Positions 1 through 10,537 are shown, numbered from the stretch's first letter. The stretch is 51,536 bases of DNA from Nitrospirota bacterium (GCA_003354025.1 PIVU01000004.1:1-51536), one strand, 5' to 3'. Translations and numbers: made by a program. The notes: a model not told the origin generated them from the letters alone.

Positions 1-21
1 ATATATTGTGAGAGTATATAT

Positions 22-438
22 ATGACCGGGGATGAGGCCATGAAGGTAGTGGAGTCCATGAATGAACATCTGGGAAAGATAATTAAGAGAAAGATAGATG
101 CCGGGGCGGAGTTCCTGCCAGTGGAGGACAAGGAACTGTTTGGTGCATACGTAGACTGGAATAACTGTCTCATGCTTGTGAGGACGGAAAGTGTTCACGA
201 AATAGTCCATATGCATTTGAAGGAGGCCTTTGAGAACAGGTTCGGATATATTCAGACAATTTTAAAGGAGAGTATTTCAGACAGTGAAGCAGCATTGCTC
301 ATAATGCGCGACGGAGACCATACTTTTCTTGACTTGCCTGACGATATCGAGCTGTTTAATATTACTCCTCCTGCCTATGACGACCTGATTAAATTTATAA
401 GCAATGCTCATAGCGGTAAAGAGTTCTGGAGGGATTAG
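22..438 (+). CDS. hypothetical protein
   Basis: 138-aa ORF with no recognised motif; converges on tlyA. Confidence 0.6.
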   Translation: MTGDEAMKVVESMNEHLGKIIKRKIDAGAEFLPVEDKELFGAYVDWNNCLMLVRTESVHEIVHMHLKEAFENRFGYIQTILKESISDSEAALLIMRDGDHTFLDLPDDIELFNITPPAYDDLIKFISNAHSGKEFWRD

Positions 439-1187
439 TAACCTGGATATCTCAGGTATATTAAATATTCAACATTACCTTTCGGACCCTTGATTGGAGA
501 TGTTGTGACGCCGGCAACGGTTAGTCCCATATCTTCTGAGTCGGCTTTGATTTTTTCCACGGCCTCAAGACGTTTATCCTCATCTTTCACCACACCGCCT
601 TTGCCTACGTCTTTCTTGCCGACTTCAAATTGGGGTTTAATGAGTGCGACGATTTCTCCGGGGCGGCCCAGGAATTCAATGATTTTGGGTATGACTTTTG
701 TTAGTGATATGAATGACACATCAATGACGGCTATATCGATCTTGTCGGGAACTCTGCTGTGATCAAAATATCGAATGTTAGTTTTTTCAAAAAGCAGGAC
801 CCTTTCATCATTGCGAAGCTTCCAGCTGAACTGACCATAGCCTACATCAACGGCATAAACTTTTTTAGAATTGTTTTGCAGCAGACAGTCTGTGAACCCG
901 CCTGTTGATGCACCGGCATCCATAGAGATTTTGTCAGTTACATCTATCTTGAACTCCTTCAGCGCGTGCTCCAGTTTCAGGCCTCCCCGGCTGACATAGG
1001 GCATTTTACTCTTCAATGACAGGATGTCATCGGAAGTTACCTGCGCCCCGGCCTTATCAATGATGATACTATTTACCATAACACTGCCCTCGAGAATAAG
1101 GGCCTTTGCTTTCTCTCTGCTTTCGACCAGGCCTTTGTCAAACAGCGCTTTGTCCAGACGGAGCTTTTTCTGTGCTTTTGATACCAT
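435..1187 (-). CDS. tlyA: TlyA family rRNA (cytidine-2'-O)-methyltransferase
   Basis: S4 domain RLDKAL, YVSRGGLKL, DAGASTGGFTD, KPQFE, GPKGNVEYL; follows dxs. Confidence 0.95.
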   Translation of the reverse strand: MVSKAQKKLRLDKALFDKGLVESREKAKALILEGSVMVNSIIIDKAGAQVTSDDILSLKSKMPYVSRGGLKLEHALKEFKIDVTDKISMDAGASTGGFTDCLLQNNSKKVYAVDVGYGQFSWKLRNDERVLLFEKTNIRYFDHSRVPDKIDIAVIDVSFISLTKVIPKIIEFLGRPGEIVALIKPQFEVGKKDVGKGGVVKDEDKRLEAVEKIKADSEDMGLTVAGVTTSPIKGPKGNVEYLIYLRYPGY

Positions 1188-1297
1188 TATATCTAAGATA
1201 ACAAATGATAGATTAATATGTTCAGGATGTCAGGTGCGATTATTGAAAGAGGGTTTTTTGTGGAATTCGACAGTTCATAAGTTGAACTGTTATCACA

Positions 1298-3190
1298 TTA
1301 CTTTATGGAAGTTGGAGAAGCCGATTTTTTGCCGGCTAATGCCAGAGCTTCCCTTGCAATCCCTTCAGCATCGAGCCCCAGGTTTTTTCTCAATACATTT
1401 TGGGCGCCCTGTTCTACGAATTTGTCGGGAATACCGAGCATTTTTAAATTGATACCCTGGACACCTGCTTTTGTAAGTTCCTCAAGAACAGCGCTTCCAA
1501 AACCTCCGGCTATGACATTCTCTTCAACGGTTAATATATTATTAATGTCCTTTGCTTTGGAAACTATAGTGTCAGTGTCCAGCGGCTTTACAAACCTGGC
1601 ATTGATAACACAAGCATTAATGCCGCCGTCGGAAAGGAGATCAGCTGCAGCAGCGGCAGGCTCAACTGTGCTGCCGATAGCTATAATAAGAACGTCTTTC
1701 CCGTCTGCAAGTACTTCTGATTTACCAATAGGGATGGTCTTCAGTTCTTCCTCTTCCTGGAAATCGCTTACCGAACCCCTGGGGTACCGTACAGCGCTGG
1801 CACCATCGTATTCAACGGCAGTTTTCAGCATGGACCTTAGTTCATGACCGTCCTTTGGCGCCATTACGACAATGTTGGGTATATGTCTCAGAAATGAAAG
1901 GTCGAATGTACCGTTATGCGTAGGCCCATCGTCTCCGACTATACCTCCCCTGTCTATTGCAAAAACTACCGGGAGGTTTTGAAGACAAATATCATGAATG
2001 ATTTCATCATAAGATCTTTGAAGAAAGGTTGAATATATGGCTACAACGGGTTTTAATCCCTGTGTTGCAAGGCCGGCCGCAAATGTTGCGGCGTGCGGTT
2101 CTGCAATCCCGACATCATAAAACCTCTTTGGGAATGCCTGAACAAACTCCGAAAGTCCAGTGCCTTCGGTCATTGCAGCAGTGATGGCTATGATTCGTTC
2201 GTCTTCCTTGGCAAGTTTTGTCAGGCAGTTTCCGAAGATGGCGCTGTATGATATTTTGCCCGATGACGGAAATTCTCCTGTTTCGATATCAAAAGGACCG
2301 ACGCCGTGAAACATTCCGGGATGCTTCTCTGCAGGTTTGTAACCTTTACCTTTTTTTGTAATAGTGTGCAGCAGCACCGGGGCCGGGAAGTCCTTGAACC
2401 GTTCCAGCGTTTCAATGAGAATATCAATTTTATGACCGTCGACAGGGCCTACGTACTGGAATCCAAGCTCTTCAAAAAGCATCCCCGGGGCTATAAACCC
2501 TTTAACTGTCTCTTCAGCCTTTTGGGCAATTTTTAGCATAGGCTCTCCTACGCCGGGGATAAGGTCCAGGAGATGTTTGGTCTCTTTTTTAATCTTTGTA
2601 TATAAGTCGCCCATCAACAGCCTGCTTAAATAGGCTGAGAGTGCACCGACATTCGGTGAGATCGACATTTCGTTGTCATTGAGAATTACTATCAAATCTT
2701 TTTTGAGGTGTCCTGCATGATTAAGGCCTTCAAAGGCAAGTCCTGCTGTCAATGCTCCGTCTCCAATAACAGGAAGTACTTTGAATGTATCATTGTTCTG
2801 ATCTCTGCCTTCAATAATGCCGAGTGCTGCTGAAATTGATGTTGAGCTGTGACCTGTACCGAAAGAGTCATGGGGACTTTCCGATCTTTTTGGAAAGCCT
2901 GACAGCCCATTCTGCTGACGTATAGTTGAGAACTCCTTTAAACGTCCTGTCAGTAATTTGTGGGTGTATGCCTGATGTCCGACGTCCCATATTATTTTGT
3001 CTTCCGGTGAATTAAAGACGTAGTGAAGAGCGATTGTCAGATCAACTGTGCCGAGGTTTGATGCAAGATGACCTCCATTAGTTGCTACTGTCTCAATAAT
3101 GACTTGTCTGATTTCATCGGCAAGTTTTTTTAAATCCTCAATGCTGAGATTTTTGATGTCTTCCGGTTTTATGATTTTATCTAGTAGCAT
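1298..3190 (-). CDS. dxs: 1-deoxy-D-xylulose-5-phosphate synthase
   Basis: GGHLASNLG, WDVGHQAY, GDGALTAG...LNDNEMSIS, DRGGIVGDDGPTH. Confidence 0.97.
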   Translation of the reverse strand: MLLDKIIKPEDIKNLSIEDLKKLADEIRQVIIETVATNGGHLASNLGTVDLTIALHYVFNSPEDKIIWDVGHQAYTHKLLTGRLKEFSTIRQQNGLSGFPKRSESPHDSFGTGHSSTSISAALGIIEGRDQNNDTFKVLPVIGDGALTAGLAFEGLNHAGHLKKDLIVILNDNEMSISPNVGALSAYLSRLLMGDLYTKIKKETKHLLDLIPGVGEPMLKIAQKAEETVKGFIAPGMLFEELGFQYVGPVDGHKIDILIETLERFKDFPAPVLLHTITKKGKGYKPAEKHPGMFHGVGPFDIETGEFPSSGKISYSAIFGNCLTKLAKEDERIIAITAAMTEGTGLSEFVQAFPKRFYDVGIAEPHAATFAAGLATQGLKPVVAIYSTFLQRSYDEIIHDICLQNLPVVFAIDRGGIVGDDGPTHNGTFDLSFLRHIPNIVVMAPKDGHELRSMLKTAVEYDGASAVRYPRGSVSDFQEEEELKTIPIGKSEVLADGKDVLIIAIGSTVEPAAAAADLLSDGGINACVINARFVKPLDTDTIVSKAKDINNILTVEENVIAGGFGSAVLEELTKAGVQGINLKMLGIPDKFVEQGAQNVLRKNLGLDAEGIAREALALAGKKSASPTSIK

Positions 3191-3199
3191 AACCTTATC

Positions 3200-4087
3200 C
3201 TAATTACGTCTTGATAGTATATATTTTGCGATCTCTTCAAGCGGTTCAGATTCCTTGTTAAATTTACTTAATGCTGTCAGTGAATCAATAATTAGTTCTT
3301 CGGCAATTTTCTGTGAGGCATTAAGCCCGAATATTGACGGGTAAGTATTTTTACCTCTTGCAGTATCAGCACCGGCGGACTTCCCCAGTTCCTCTGTTGT
3401 TCCTGTAACATCAAGAATATCATCTATTACCTGAAAAGCAAGGCCGATTTTTTCTCCGTATTTGGTCAGTGCATTGAGTTTTGCCGGCGAGGCTTTGGCC
3501 ATGATTGCGCCAATCCTGACGGAAGCCCTGATCAGAGCACCTGTTTTATGAGTATGAATATATGAAAGCTCTTTCTTAGTGGCTTTTTTACCCTCCAGGA
3601 TAATATCCACGGTCTGGCCGCCGACCATTCCTTCAGGCCCGCTTCCCCGTGAGAGTTCGTTAATGACACTTATGAGAGTTTTAGGGCTTGCACTTGCGTT
3701 TGCTGTCATGCTGAAAGCGTCGGTCAGCAGACCGTCGCCTGCCAGTATTGCCGTTGCTTCGCCGTATACTTTATGTGTAGTCGGCTGGTTCCTTCTGAAA
3801 TCATCATCGTCCATAGCAGGGAGATCATCGTGTATTAACGAATATGTATGAATCAATTCAAGAGATGCTGCAGCGGGCATTATACTCTCTGTATTGCCGC
3901 CTGCTGCTTCATAAGCTGCAATACATAAAATAGGCCTTACTCTTTTACCGCCAGCCATTAAAGCGTATCCCATTGCATCAGCCAAATGTTTCGGACAGTC
4001 TTTATCTCTTTTTTTTGATGCTATGTATTTCTTGAGAAAACTATCTACAAGTTTCCGTTTCTTCTTAAGATATATATTCAGATTCAT
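3200..4087 (-). CDS. ispA: farnesyl/geranylgeranyl diphosphate synthase
   Basis: GGKRVRP, SLIHDDLPAMDDDDFRR, KTGAL, FQVIDDILD. Confidence 0.95.
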   Translation of the reverse strand: MNLNIYLKKKRKLVDSFLKKYIASKKRDKDCPKHLADAMGYALMAGGKRVRPILCIAAYEAAGGNTESIMPAAASLELIHTYSLIHDDLPAMDDDDFRRNQPTTHKVYGEATAILAGDGLLTDAFSMTANASASPKTLISVINELSRGSGPEGMVGGQTVDIILEGKKATKKELSYIHTHKTGALIRASVRIGAIMAKASPAKLNALTKYGEKIGLAFQVIDDILDVTGTTEELGKSAGADTARGKNTYPSIFGLNASQKIAEELIIDSLTALSKFNKESEPLEEIAKYILSRRN

Positions 4088-4413
4088 GATGAAATGGTTT
4101 AGAGTAAGAATGTTTTGCGTTCATTAACACTAAATTAGTGCCATTAGTATACAAAATATTCTGTTACTTTTGTAATTTGGCCAATCAGAAAAATTAATGA
4201 TGTTATATGATAGGTTAAAGCGGGCATAGAAAGCATGGTCGCGCTGATTGGCCCATAATTTCCCGGCAGACATTTGTATGAGTGTGCCTTATTGATAACA
4301 GGTATAAATAAATTGATATTTGAATGCTCCACAAGTTTCATTTATTAAAGGGTATTCTTTGTTATAATTTTTGGTAACCAGGTTTAAGTACAGAATTTAA
4401 TTAGGTTCTGATA

Positions 4414-5898
4414 ATGACATTAAGTGATCTTTTAACAAAACAGGCAAAGACCTATCCCTCTAAAACGTGTATTAAGTTTGAGGGCAGGAGTATATCCTAT
4501 TCGGAAGTGGACATGCTGGTAACTAAATATGCTGGAGGCCTTGTATCTGAAGGCCTGAAGAGCCGGGACAGGGTGGCTATTTTGATGGAAAATTGTCCTG
4601 AATATGTGATGTTATACTTTTCCATAATCAGGGCAGGGGGTATAGTCATTCCGGTTAATACCTTTCTGACGTCAAGTGAGATTGCTTATATTGTTAATGA
4701 TTCCGGCTGCAGGATTCTTTTGTTCAGCGATAAATTTTCGACATATACAGCAGATCTTGAGAAGAATTGTCATAAAGTTAAGTGCATTGCTTATGAAAAG
4801 GTCACGCAGAAAGAGTTTGCTCCTTCCATAATAGATGAGAATGAAACAGCTGTATTTCTATATACTTCCGGAACAACAGGTTTTCCAAAGGGTGTTATGC
4901 TTACCCACCGGAATCTGTTGTCAAATGCAGAATCCTGTATGGAGACAATGCAAGTAACTCACAGAGATAAGGTGCTTCTTTTCCTTCCTCTGTTTCATGC
5001 ATTCAGTTATACCGTTTGTGTAATACTGCCAATATGTGCAGGAGCTACAATTGTGCTCCTGACTTCAGTTAAGCCATTTTCAAAGGTCATTAAAAGTATC
5101 GTAAGGGACAGGATATCCCTGTTTGTAGCAGTGCCGACGGTCTACAATATTCTTTCGAAAAAGAAATTTTCATGGTTTGCAAAACTCATTATGAGATTGA
5201 CTGTGAGAATACGGCTTTGCATATCAGGCGCAGCAGCGCTGCCTGAAAGCACTCTCCGTAGTTTTGAGAAGCTTTTTTGTATTCCGCTTATTGAAGGTTA
5301 TGGCCTGACAGAGGCATCACCAGTTATATCCGTTAACCCTTTGAAAGGTCCCCGTAAACCGGCTTCTGTAGGCCTGCCGATTCCCGGAGTTGAGATAGCT
5401 GTTGTTGATGAGCTCGATGAAAGGCTTCCGCAGGGAGAAATTGGTGAACTTATCGTGAAGGGGCCAAATATTATGCAGGGATACTATGAACGGGAAGATG
5501 AGACGAAAGATTCTATCAGGCATGAATGGCTGTATACCGGGGACATGGTTAAGATTGATGAGGATGGGTACATATTTATAATGGACAGGAAAAAGGACCT
5601 CATAATAGTTGACGGCATGAATATATATCCACGGGAAATTGAAGAGATTGCACTTTTACATCCGGAGGTTGAAGAATGTGCAATGGTCGGAATCCCTGAC
5701 GAGAAGGGCTCTGAAATTGCCTGGCTTTTTGTTAAGAAGGAAGACAATGCTCTCATAGATGGAAATGGTATTCAAAACTTTTTAAAAGAAAAAATTGCAA
5801 GATATAAAATGCCGAGGAAAATTCGATTTATTGAGGAGTTTCCAAAAACAGGTACAGGTAAAATACAGAAGACTGAGTTGAAAAAATGGAAACTTTAA
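4414..5898 (+). CDS. long-chain fatty acid--CoA ligase
   Basis: AMP-binding motifs YTSGTTGFPKG, EGYGLTE, YTGD, DRKKDLII. Confidence 0.9.
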   Translation: MTLSDLLTKQAKTYPSKTCIKFEGRSISYSEVDMLVTKYAGGLVSEGLKSRDRVAILMENCPEYVMLYFSIIRAGGIVIPVNTFLTSSEIAYIVNDSGCRILLFSDKFSTYTADLEKNCHKVKCIAYEKVTQKEFAPSIIDENETAVFLYTSGTTGFPKGVMLTHRNLLSNAESCMETMQVTHRDKVLLFLPLFHAFSYTVCVILPICAGATIVLLTSVKPFSKVIKSIVRDRISLFVAVPTVYNILSKKKFSWFAKLIMRLTVRIRLCISGAAALPESTLRSFEKLFCIPLIEGYGLTEASPVISVNPLKGPRKPASVGLPIPGVEIAVVDELDERLPQGEIGELIVKGPNIMQGYYEREDETKDSIRHEWLYTGDMVKIDEDGYIFIMDRKKDLIIVDGMNIYPREIEEIALLHPEVEECAMVGIPDEKGSEIAWLFVKKEDNALIDGNGIQNFLKEKIARYKMPRKIRFIEEFPKTGTGKIQKTELKKWKL

Positions 5899-5966
5899 AG
5901 TAGTTGCATTGTTTGGCATATTTGTTGTTTGAATTGATGATATAAATTACTGTATTATAAAGGAAT

Positions 5967-7034
5967 ATGAAAGCTATTATATTAAGCGGCGGCAAGGGCA
6001 CGCGATTACGGCCAATAACTCATACTGGCGCTAAACAGCTTGTTCCAGTAGCAAATAAACCTATTCTCTTTTACTGTGTTGAAAATATTGTTCAGGCAGG
6101 CATTAAAGAGGTTGGTATAATTATTTCCCCTGAAACAGGTGGAGAGATTCAGGATGTTGTTGGTGATGGAAGCCGTTGGGGCATTAGTATAAAGTACATA
6201 GTTCAGGACATCCCCGGTGGACTTGCCCATGCTATAAAAACTGCTGAAGATTTTCTGAAAGACTCTTCTTTCGTTATGTATCTGGGAGATAATCTGATAG
6301 GGACCAGGATTGACGGATTTGTGAAAGATTTTAATGCAAAATCTCCGGAGGCCCTTATTCTATTAAAAGAAGTCGACAATCCTAAGCAATTTGGTGTTGC
6401 AGATGTCACGGAGGAAGGAAAGGTTAAGCAGCTTATTGAAAAACCTGAGGTTCCTCCATCAAACCTGGCATTAGTCGGCATATATATTTTTTCTCCAAGG
6501 ATTCATGAAGCTATTTCGCGCATAAAGCCTTCTGAAAGAGGTGAGCTTGAGATAACCGATGCTATTCAGGAACTCATAAACATGGATTGCAGGGTTGAGA
6601 GCTTTGTTCTTGATATGTGGTGGCTGGATACAGGTAAGAAAGACGACCTTCTTACTGCTAACGGCACTGTGCTTGATGAGTGGTTGAAAACTGATATTCA
6701 GGGTGAGGTGGATGATGAAAGCAGCGTTTTCGGGAGAGTAGCTGTGGGAAAAGGGGCAATTATAAAAAATAGTACAATAAGAGGGCCTGTGATAATAGGT
6801 GATAACTCTGTAGTGGATAATTCCTATATAGGACCTTATACAAGTGTAGGTGAAGGAGTAAAGATTGTAAATTCTTCAGTAGAACACTCCGTAATAATGA
6901 ATGGGAGTGAACTTCTAGACCTGGAAAGGCTTGAAGAAAGTCTCATTGGTTGCAGAGTTAAAATTCATGAAAATAAAACTAAGCATAAGGCGCTGCGGCT
7001 TTTACTTGGTGATGATTCAGTGGTAGAGGTGTAA
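5967..7034 (+). CDS. rfbA: glucose-1-phosphate thymidylyltransferase (long form)
   Basis: LSGGKGTRLRPIT..KQL, EKP, SERGELEITDA, C-terminal hexapeptide repeats. Confidence 0.92.
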   Translation: MKAIILSGGKGTRLRPITHTGAKQLVPVANKPILFYCVENIVQAGIKEVGIIISPETGGEIQDVVGDGSRWGISIKYIVQDIPGGLAHAIKTAEDFLKDSSFVMYLGDNLIGTRIDGFVKDFNAKSPEALILLKEVDNPKQFGVADVTEEGKVKQLIEKPEVPPSNLALVGIYIFSPRIHEAISRIKPSERGELEITDAIQELINMDCRVESFVLDMWWLDTGKKDDLLTANGTVLDEWLKTDIQGEVDDESSVFGRVAVGKGAIIKNSTIRGPVIIGDNSVVDNSYIGPYTSVGEGVKIVNSSVEHSVIMNGSELLDLERLEESLIGCRVKIHENKTKHKALRLLLGDDSVVEV

Positions 7035-7478
7035 ATGGAAGGTGTAGATATAAAAGAATTAGCTCTCTATGAAGACCCGAGGGGTTGGCTTGGAGAGATT
7101 TACAGAAACGATGACAACGGATTTCGACCGGCAATGTCTTATCTTTCCTTGACAAAGCCCGGCTTGGTAAGAGGACCTCATGAACATGTGGAGCAGACAG
7201 ACCTTTTTTGCTTTATAGGTAGATTCAGACTTTACTTGTGGGACAATCGAGAGTCATCAGCTACATTCCGTGAGGCAAAAGTCATAGATACTTCCGGAGT
7301 CCCGACAATAGCCGTTGTTCCTCCCGGAGTAGTACATGCTTATGAAAATATAGAAAGCCATGACGCCATGGTGTTAAACTTACCCGATAGACTATATAAA
7401 GGGGAAGGCCGTGCTGAACCGGTAGACGAAATCAGGTATGAAGATGATCCTGAATCTCCATTTAAGATTGACAAATAG
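7035..7478 (+). CDS. rfbC: dTDP-4-dehydrorhamnose 3,5-epimerase family protein
   Basis: EDPRGWL, RGPHEH, VPPGVVHAY; lies within the rml operon. Confidence 0.85.
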   Translation: MEGVDIKELALYEDPRGWLGEIYRNDDNGFRPAMSYLSLTKPGLVRGPHEHVEQTDLFCFIGRFRLYLWDNRESSATFREAKVIDTSGVPTIAVVPPGVVHAYENIESHDAMVLNLPDRLYKGEGRAEPVDEIRYEDDPESPFKIDK

Positions 7479-7575
7479 CATAGTCATTCTTATTTGCTAA
7501 CCAGAGAATTCAGCCCCTTTAAGTGGAATTAATGAATCTGATTTATAATGAAATTATATTTAATAAGGAGTTTGC

Positions 7576-8601
7576 TTGAAAATACTTATTACAGGCGGGG
7601 CAGGGTTTATTGGATCTAACTTTGTTCGGCATATATTAGCATCTTACCCTGACTATGACGTTGTAAACTTTGATAAGCTGACGTACGCCGGCAACCTTGA
7701 GAATCTTAGTGACTGTGAATCTTCTGATCGCTATTCGTTTGTGAAAGGTGATATTTGCGATCCGGAGGCTTTGAAAAAACTTGAGTTCGATTCAATAGTT
7801 CATTTTGCTGCGGAAAGTCATGTTGACAGAAGCATTCTTGATTCCCAGCCTTTTTTGCAGACCAATGTGATGGGCACGGTTATGCTGCTTGAAGAGGCGA
7901 AAAGAAGAGATTGTACTTTTCTGCATGTTTCAACTGATGAAGTTTACGGTTCCATTGGAGAAGGATATTTTTATGAAGACTCTCCTCTTATGCCTAACAG
8001 CCCTTATGCTGCAAGCAAAGCATCGTCAGATTTGCTTGTCAGGTCATATATAAAGACCCATAAGATTAAAGGGTTGATTACCCGGTGTTCTAACAATTAC
8101 GGCCCTTTTCAGTTCCCTGAAAAACTAATCCCTTTAGTAATCCTGAACGCTGTTAATAAGCGGCCTATTCCTGTTTATGGTGACGGGATGAATGTTAGAG
8201 ACTGGATATATGTGGTTGACCATTGCAGGGCCGTTGATGCGGTGCTTCACAGAGGGGAATCTGGTGAAGTGTATAATGTTGGATGCAAGAATGAAATGAC
8301 AAACATCAGGCTTGTAGAGCTTATCCTCGGTAAAGTTGCCGAGAAGCTTGGCCGGGATGAAAAAGAAGTGCTTTCTTTAATTGAATATGTTGATGACAGG
8401 AAGGGCCATGACAGGCGATATGCAATTGACCCCAAAAAAATGGAAGACAGCACCGGATGGAAACCGGAGACAGATTTTGCCGATGGTATAGCTTCAACAA
8501 TTGAATGGTATTTATCCAATCAAAAGTGGTGGGAGAGGATTACTTCCGGGGACTACATGAATTATTATAAAGCCCAGTATGGGGACAGGCTAAAACGATG
8601 A
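7576..8601 (+). CDS. rfbB: dTDP-glucose 4,6-dehydratase
   Basis: TGGAGFIG, FAAESHVDRSI, STDEVYG, YAASK, GHDRRYA; TTG start after AAGGAG. Confidence 0.96.
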   Translation: MKILITGGAGFIGSNFVRHILASYPDYDVVNFDKLTYAGNLENLSDCESSDRYSFVKGDICDPEALKKLEFDSIVHFAAESHVDRSILDSQPFLQTNVMGTVMLLEEAKRRDCTFLHVSTDEVYGSIGEGYFYEDSPLMPNSPYAASKASSDLLVRSYIKTHKIKGLITRCSNNYGPFQFPEKLIPLVILNAVNKRPIPVYGDGMNVRDWIYVVDHCRAVDAVLHRGESGEVYNVGCKNEMTNIRLVELILGKVAEKLGRDEKEVLSLIEYVDDRKGHDRRYAIDPKKMEDSTGWKPETDFADGIASTIEWYLSNQKWWERITSGDYMNYYKAQYGDRLKR

Positions 8602-9422
8602 AGGTTGTAGTAACTGGTGCAAACGGGATGCTTGGTAAAGATCTGCAGCGGGTTTTTGCAGGGGATGATCTGGTTGCTCTAAAGCGGGATGACCTGGATA
8701 TAACAAACCTTAATGAGTCACTGAAAACGATTAAACGCCTTCAGCCTGATATCCTGATACATTCTGCAGCATATACCGATGTGGACAACAGTGAACTTGA
8801 ACCTGAGCAGGCATATGCTGTGAACGGGCTTGGCACGAGAAATATAGCGATGTCCTGTGAAGAAGTTAAGTGCCCCGTAATGTATATAAGTTCCGACTAT
8901 GTTTTCGATGGAACCCGAAGTGAACCATATAATGAATGGGACCCTGTCAATCCAGTTAATCAGTATGGGCTCTCAAAGTTAATGGGTGAGAATTTTGTTA
9001 AATCTTTGACCAGTAGATACTATATTGTTCGGACATCCTGGCTATATGGCAGCAACGGACATAATTTTGTTGATACAATTAAGAGGTTATTGACGGAAAA
9101 AGATGAGATTGATGTTGTTGATGATCAGCGGGGATCTCCTACATATACATATGATCTTGCTATTGCATTAAAGGATCTTGCAGGTAGAGGATACGGGACA
9201 TATCATGTTACTAACTCATCCAATTGCTCCTGGTATGAATTTGCTGTTGAAATAGCCCGCCTGTCAGGCAGCAGTACAATAGTAAAACCTACTACTTCTG
9301 ATAAATTTAAAAGGCCGGCGAAGAGGCCTGCTTTTTCAATTCTTGGCAATACTATGTTAAAACTTGAAGGGGTAAACGAGTTAAGGCACTGGAAAGATGC
9401 CTTGAAGGAATATATGTCTTAA
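8598..9422 (+). CDS. rfbD: dTDP-4-dehydrorhamnose reductase
   Basis: TGANGMLG, AAYTDVD, SSDYVFDG, YGLSK, DDQRGSPT. Confidence 0.96.
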   Translation: MKVVVTGANGMLGKDLQRVFAGDDLVALKRDDLDITNLNESLKTIKRLQPDILIHSAAYTDVDNSELEPEQAYAVNGLGTRNIAMSCEEVKCPVMYISSDYVFDGTRSEPYNEWDPVNPVNQYGLSKLMGENFVKSLTSRYYIVRTSWLYGSNGHNFVDTIKRLLTEKDEIDVVDDQRGSPTYTYDLAIALKDLAGRGYGTYHVTNSSNCSWYEFAVEIARLSGSSTIVKPTTSDKFKRPAKRPAFSILGNTMLKLEGVNELRHWKDALKEYMS

Positions 9423-9424
9423 TG

Positions 9425-9453
9425 GTAGGGGCGGGTTTGAAACCCGCCCTTAC
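9425..9453. repeat. GTAG-type REP-like palindrome between convergent genes
   Basis: GTAGGGGCGGGTTTGAAACCCGCCCTTAC, a near-perfect inverted repeat starting with GTAG. Confidence 0.65.
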
Positions 9454-9480
9454 AATTGCTCCGAAATTGCGATTAACACT

Positions 9481-10059
9481 TCATGCTTTATTTGATTTAT
9501 TCCAATATCTTCTTGAAACCATCATTACTCCCCCTGTTATAAAGAGTACATAACTTATCGGTTCGGGAGCTACTGGTGTGATTGAATCTCCATTGCGGAC
9601 TGCCCATGCCCATTTTTTTGTTGCTTTGGAGCTTGTGCCCTGATAGCCGGAGCTGTTCTTGAAATTAAACCTCCAGGCATTGTCGGCATCTTTCTCAGTG
9701 CCTGACCAGTAGATTGAAGGCTTCACATCAGTGAACAAACCCATGGAGCCTGATGATATGTTGTCAACAGAAAAAAGATGGCTCATTTCACTGCCGGTGC
9801 AACTGCTGCCGGAACATGATGTGGAAGTCGCTGGAAGTCTCCAGTCATCAAAGTCTTCATAAACCAGTCCGTCTGCCCATGTATAAGCATCGGCCCAGTA
9901 GAGTGTTGTGGGTGTCGGATTTGCATTCTGGATCCAGGTAATGTTTAGAACTGAATCATAGATGAGACCGTTTCCCCGGTCGAATAGTTCCGCATTAGAA
10001 GTGGTTGAGTAAAGCGTTGAACATAGTACTGCAATAAGTATACATGTATACCTTTTCAT
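9481..10059 (-). CDS. PEP-CTERM sorting-domain protein with DUF1566/Lcl-like domain
   Basis: signal peptide; DWRLP..YWS..AW..WAVR core; C-terminal VAPEPISY + TM + RRYWNK. Confidence 0.88.
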   Translation of the reverse strand: MKRYTCILIAVLCSTLYSTTSNAELFDRGNGLIYDSVLNITWIQNANPTPTTLYWADAYTWADGLVYEDFDDWRLPATSTSCSGSSCTGSEMSHLFSVDNISSGSMGLFTDVKPSIYWSGTEKDADNAWRFNFKNSSGYQGTSSKATKKWAWAVRNGDSITPVAPEPISYVLFITGGVMMVSRRYWNKSNKA

Positions 10060-10280
10060 ACCTATCCTGCCTTTCGGTAAATGAGTTATTTGTTAGTAGG
10101 AAAATAACGGATGAATTACGTCTGATTTCCCATGTCCCCTAAAAATACAACTTAATGCACGCTTAATAAATAGCGTCTAAAGCATAAAAGTATTTTCCAT
10201 ACGTACCCCTGCCTTTCATATTAAGATAGATGCTAACGAGGAAATTGAAAGCTGAACTAGACTTGAATTTCCATGTCCCC
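10057..10280 (-). repeat. two degenerate ~83-nt direct repeats (period 141 nt) in the PEP-CTERM gene leader
   Basis: both units read GGGGACATGG..AAAT..TTCA..TTTCCT..GAAAGGCAGG..GTATG; each GGGG starts 80 nt before an ATG (10280->10200, 10139->10059). Confidence 0.8.
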
Positions 10281-10392
10281 AATGGATAAATAATAAATAA
10301 TAACTACACTATAATCAAGTCATAGTGTATTATTCTTAATTCTATGAATCAAAAGGCAATGCCCGATTCAGTAATTACACTGCCTGATATAA

Positions 10393-10408
10393 TGCAATTA
10401 GGATGCCA
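10393..10408 (-). promoter_or_regulatory. sigma54 (-24/-12) promoter for the PEP-CTERM gene
   Basis: TGGCAT-CCTAA-TTGCA on the minus strand, GG-N10-GC. Confidence 0.8.
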
Positions 10409-10537
10409 TTATTGAAGGAGGATTGCATCGGAATTAAGTTTTTTAAGAAATGATCCGTTAATAATATATAAACACCCAATTTAAAAGATAAATTAGTTGT
10501 GAGGTAACCATGTTTTGACACGTGATAGATTAGATTA

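Noticed and set aside
4144-4341. 65-aa ORF upstream of ispA as a possible xseB
   Set aside because: No resemblance to the XseB motif; probably non-coding divergent promoter DNA.
5914-5928. sigma54-like TGGCAT-N5-TTGT upstream of rfbA
   Set aside because: The -12 dinucleotide is GT rather than GC; not enough support.
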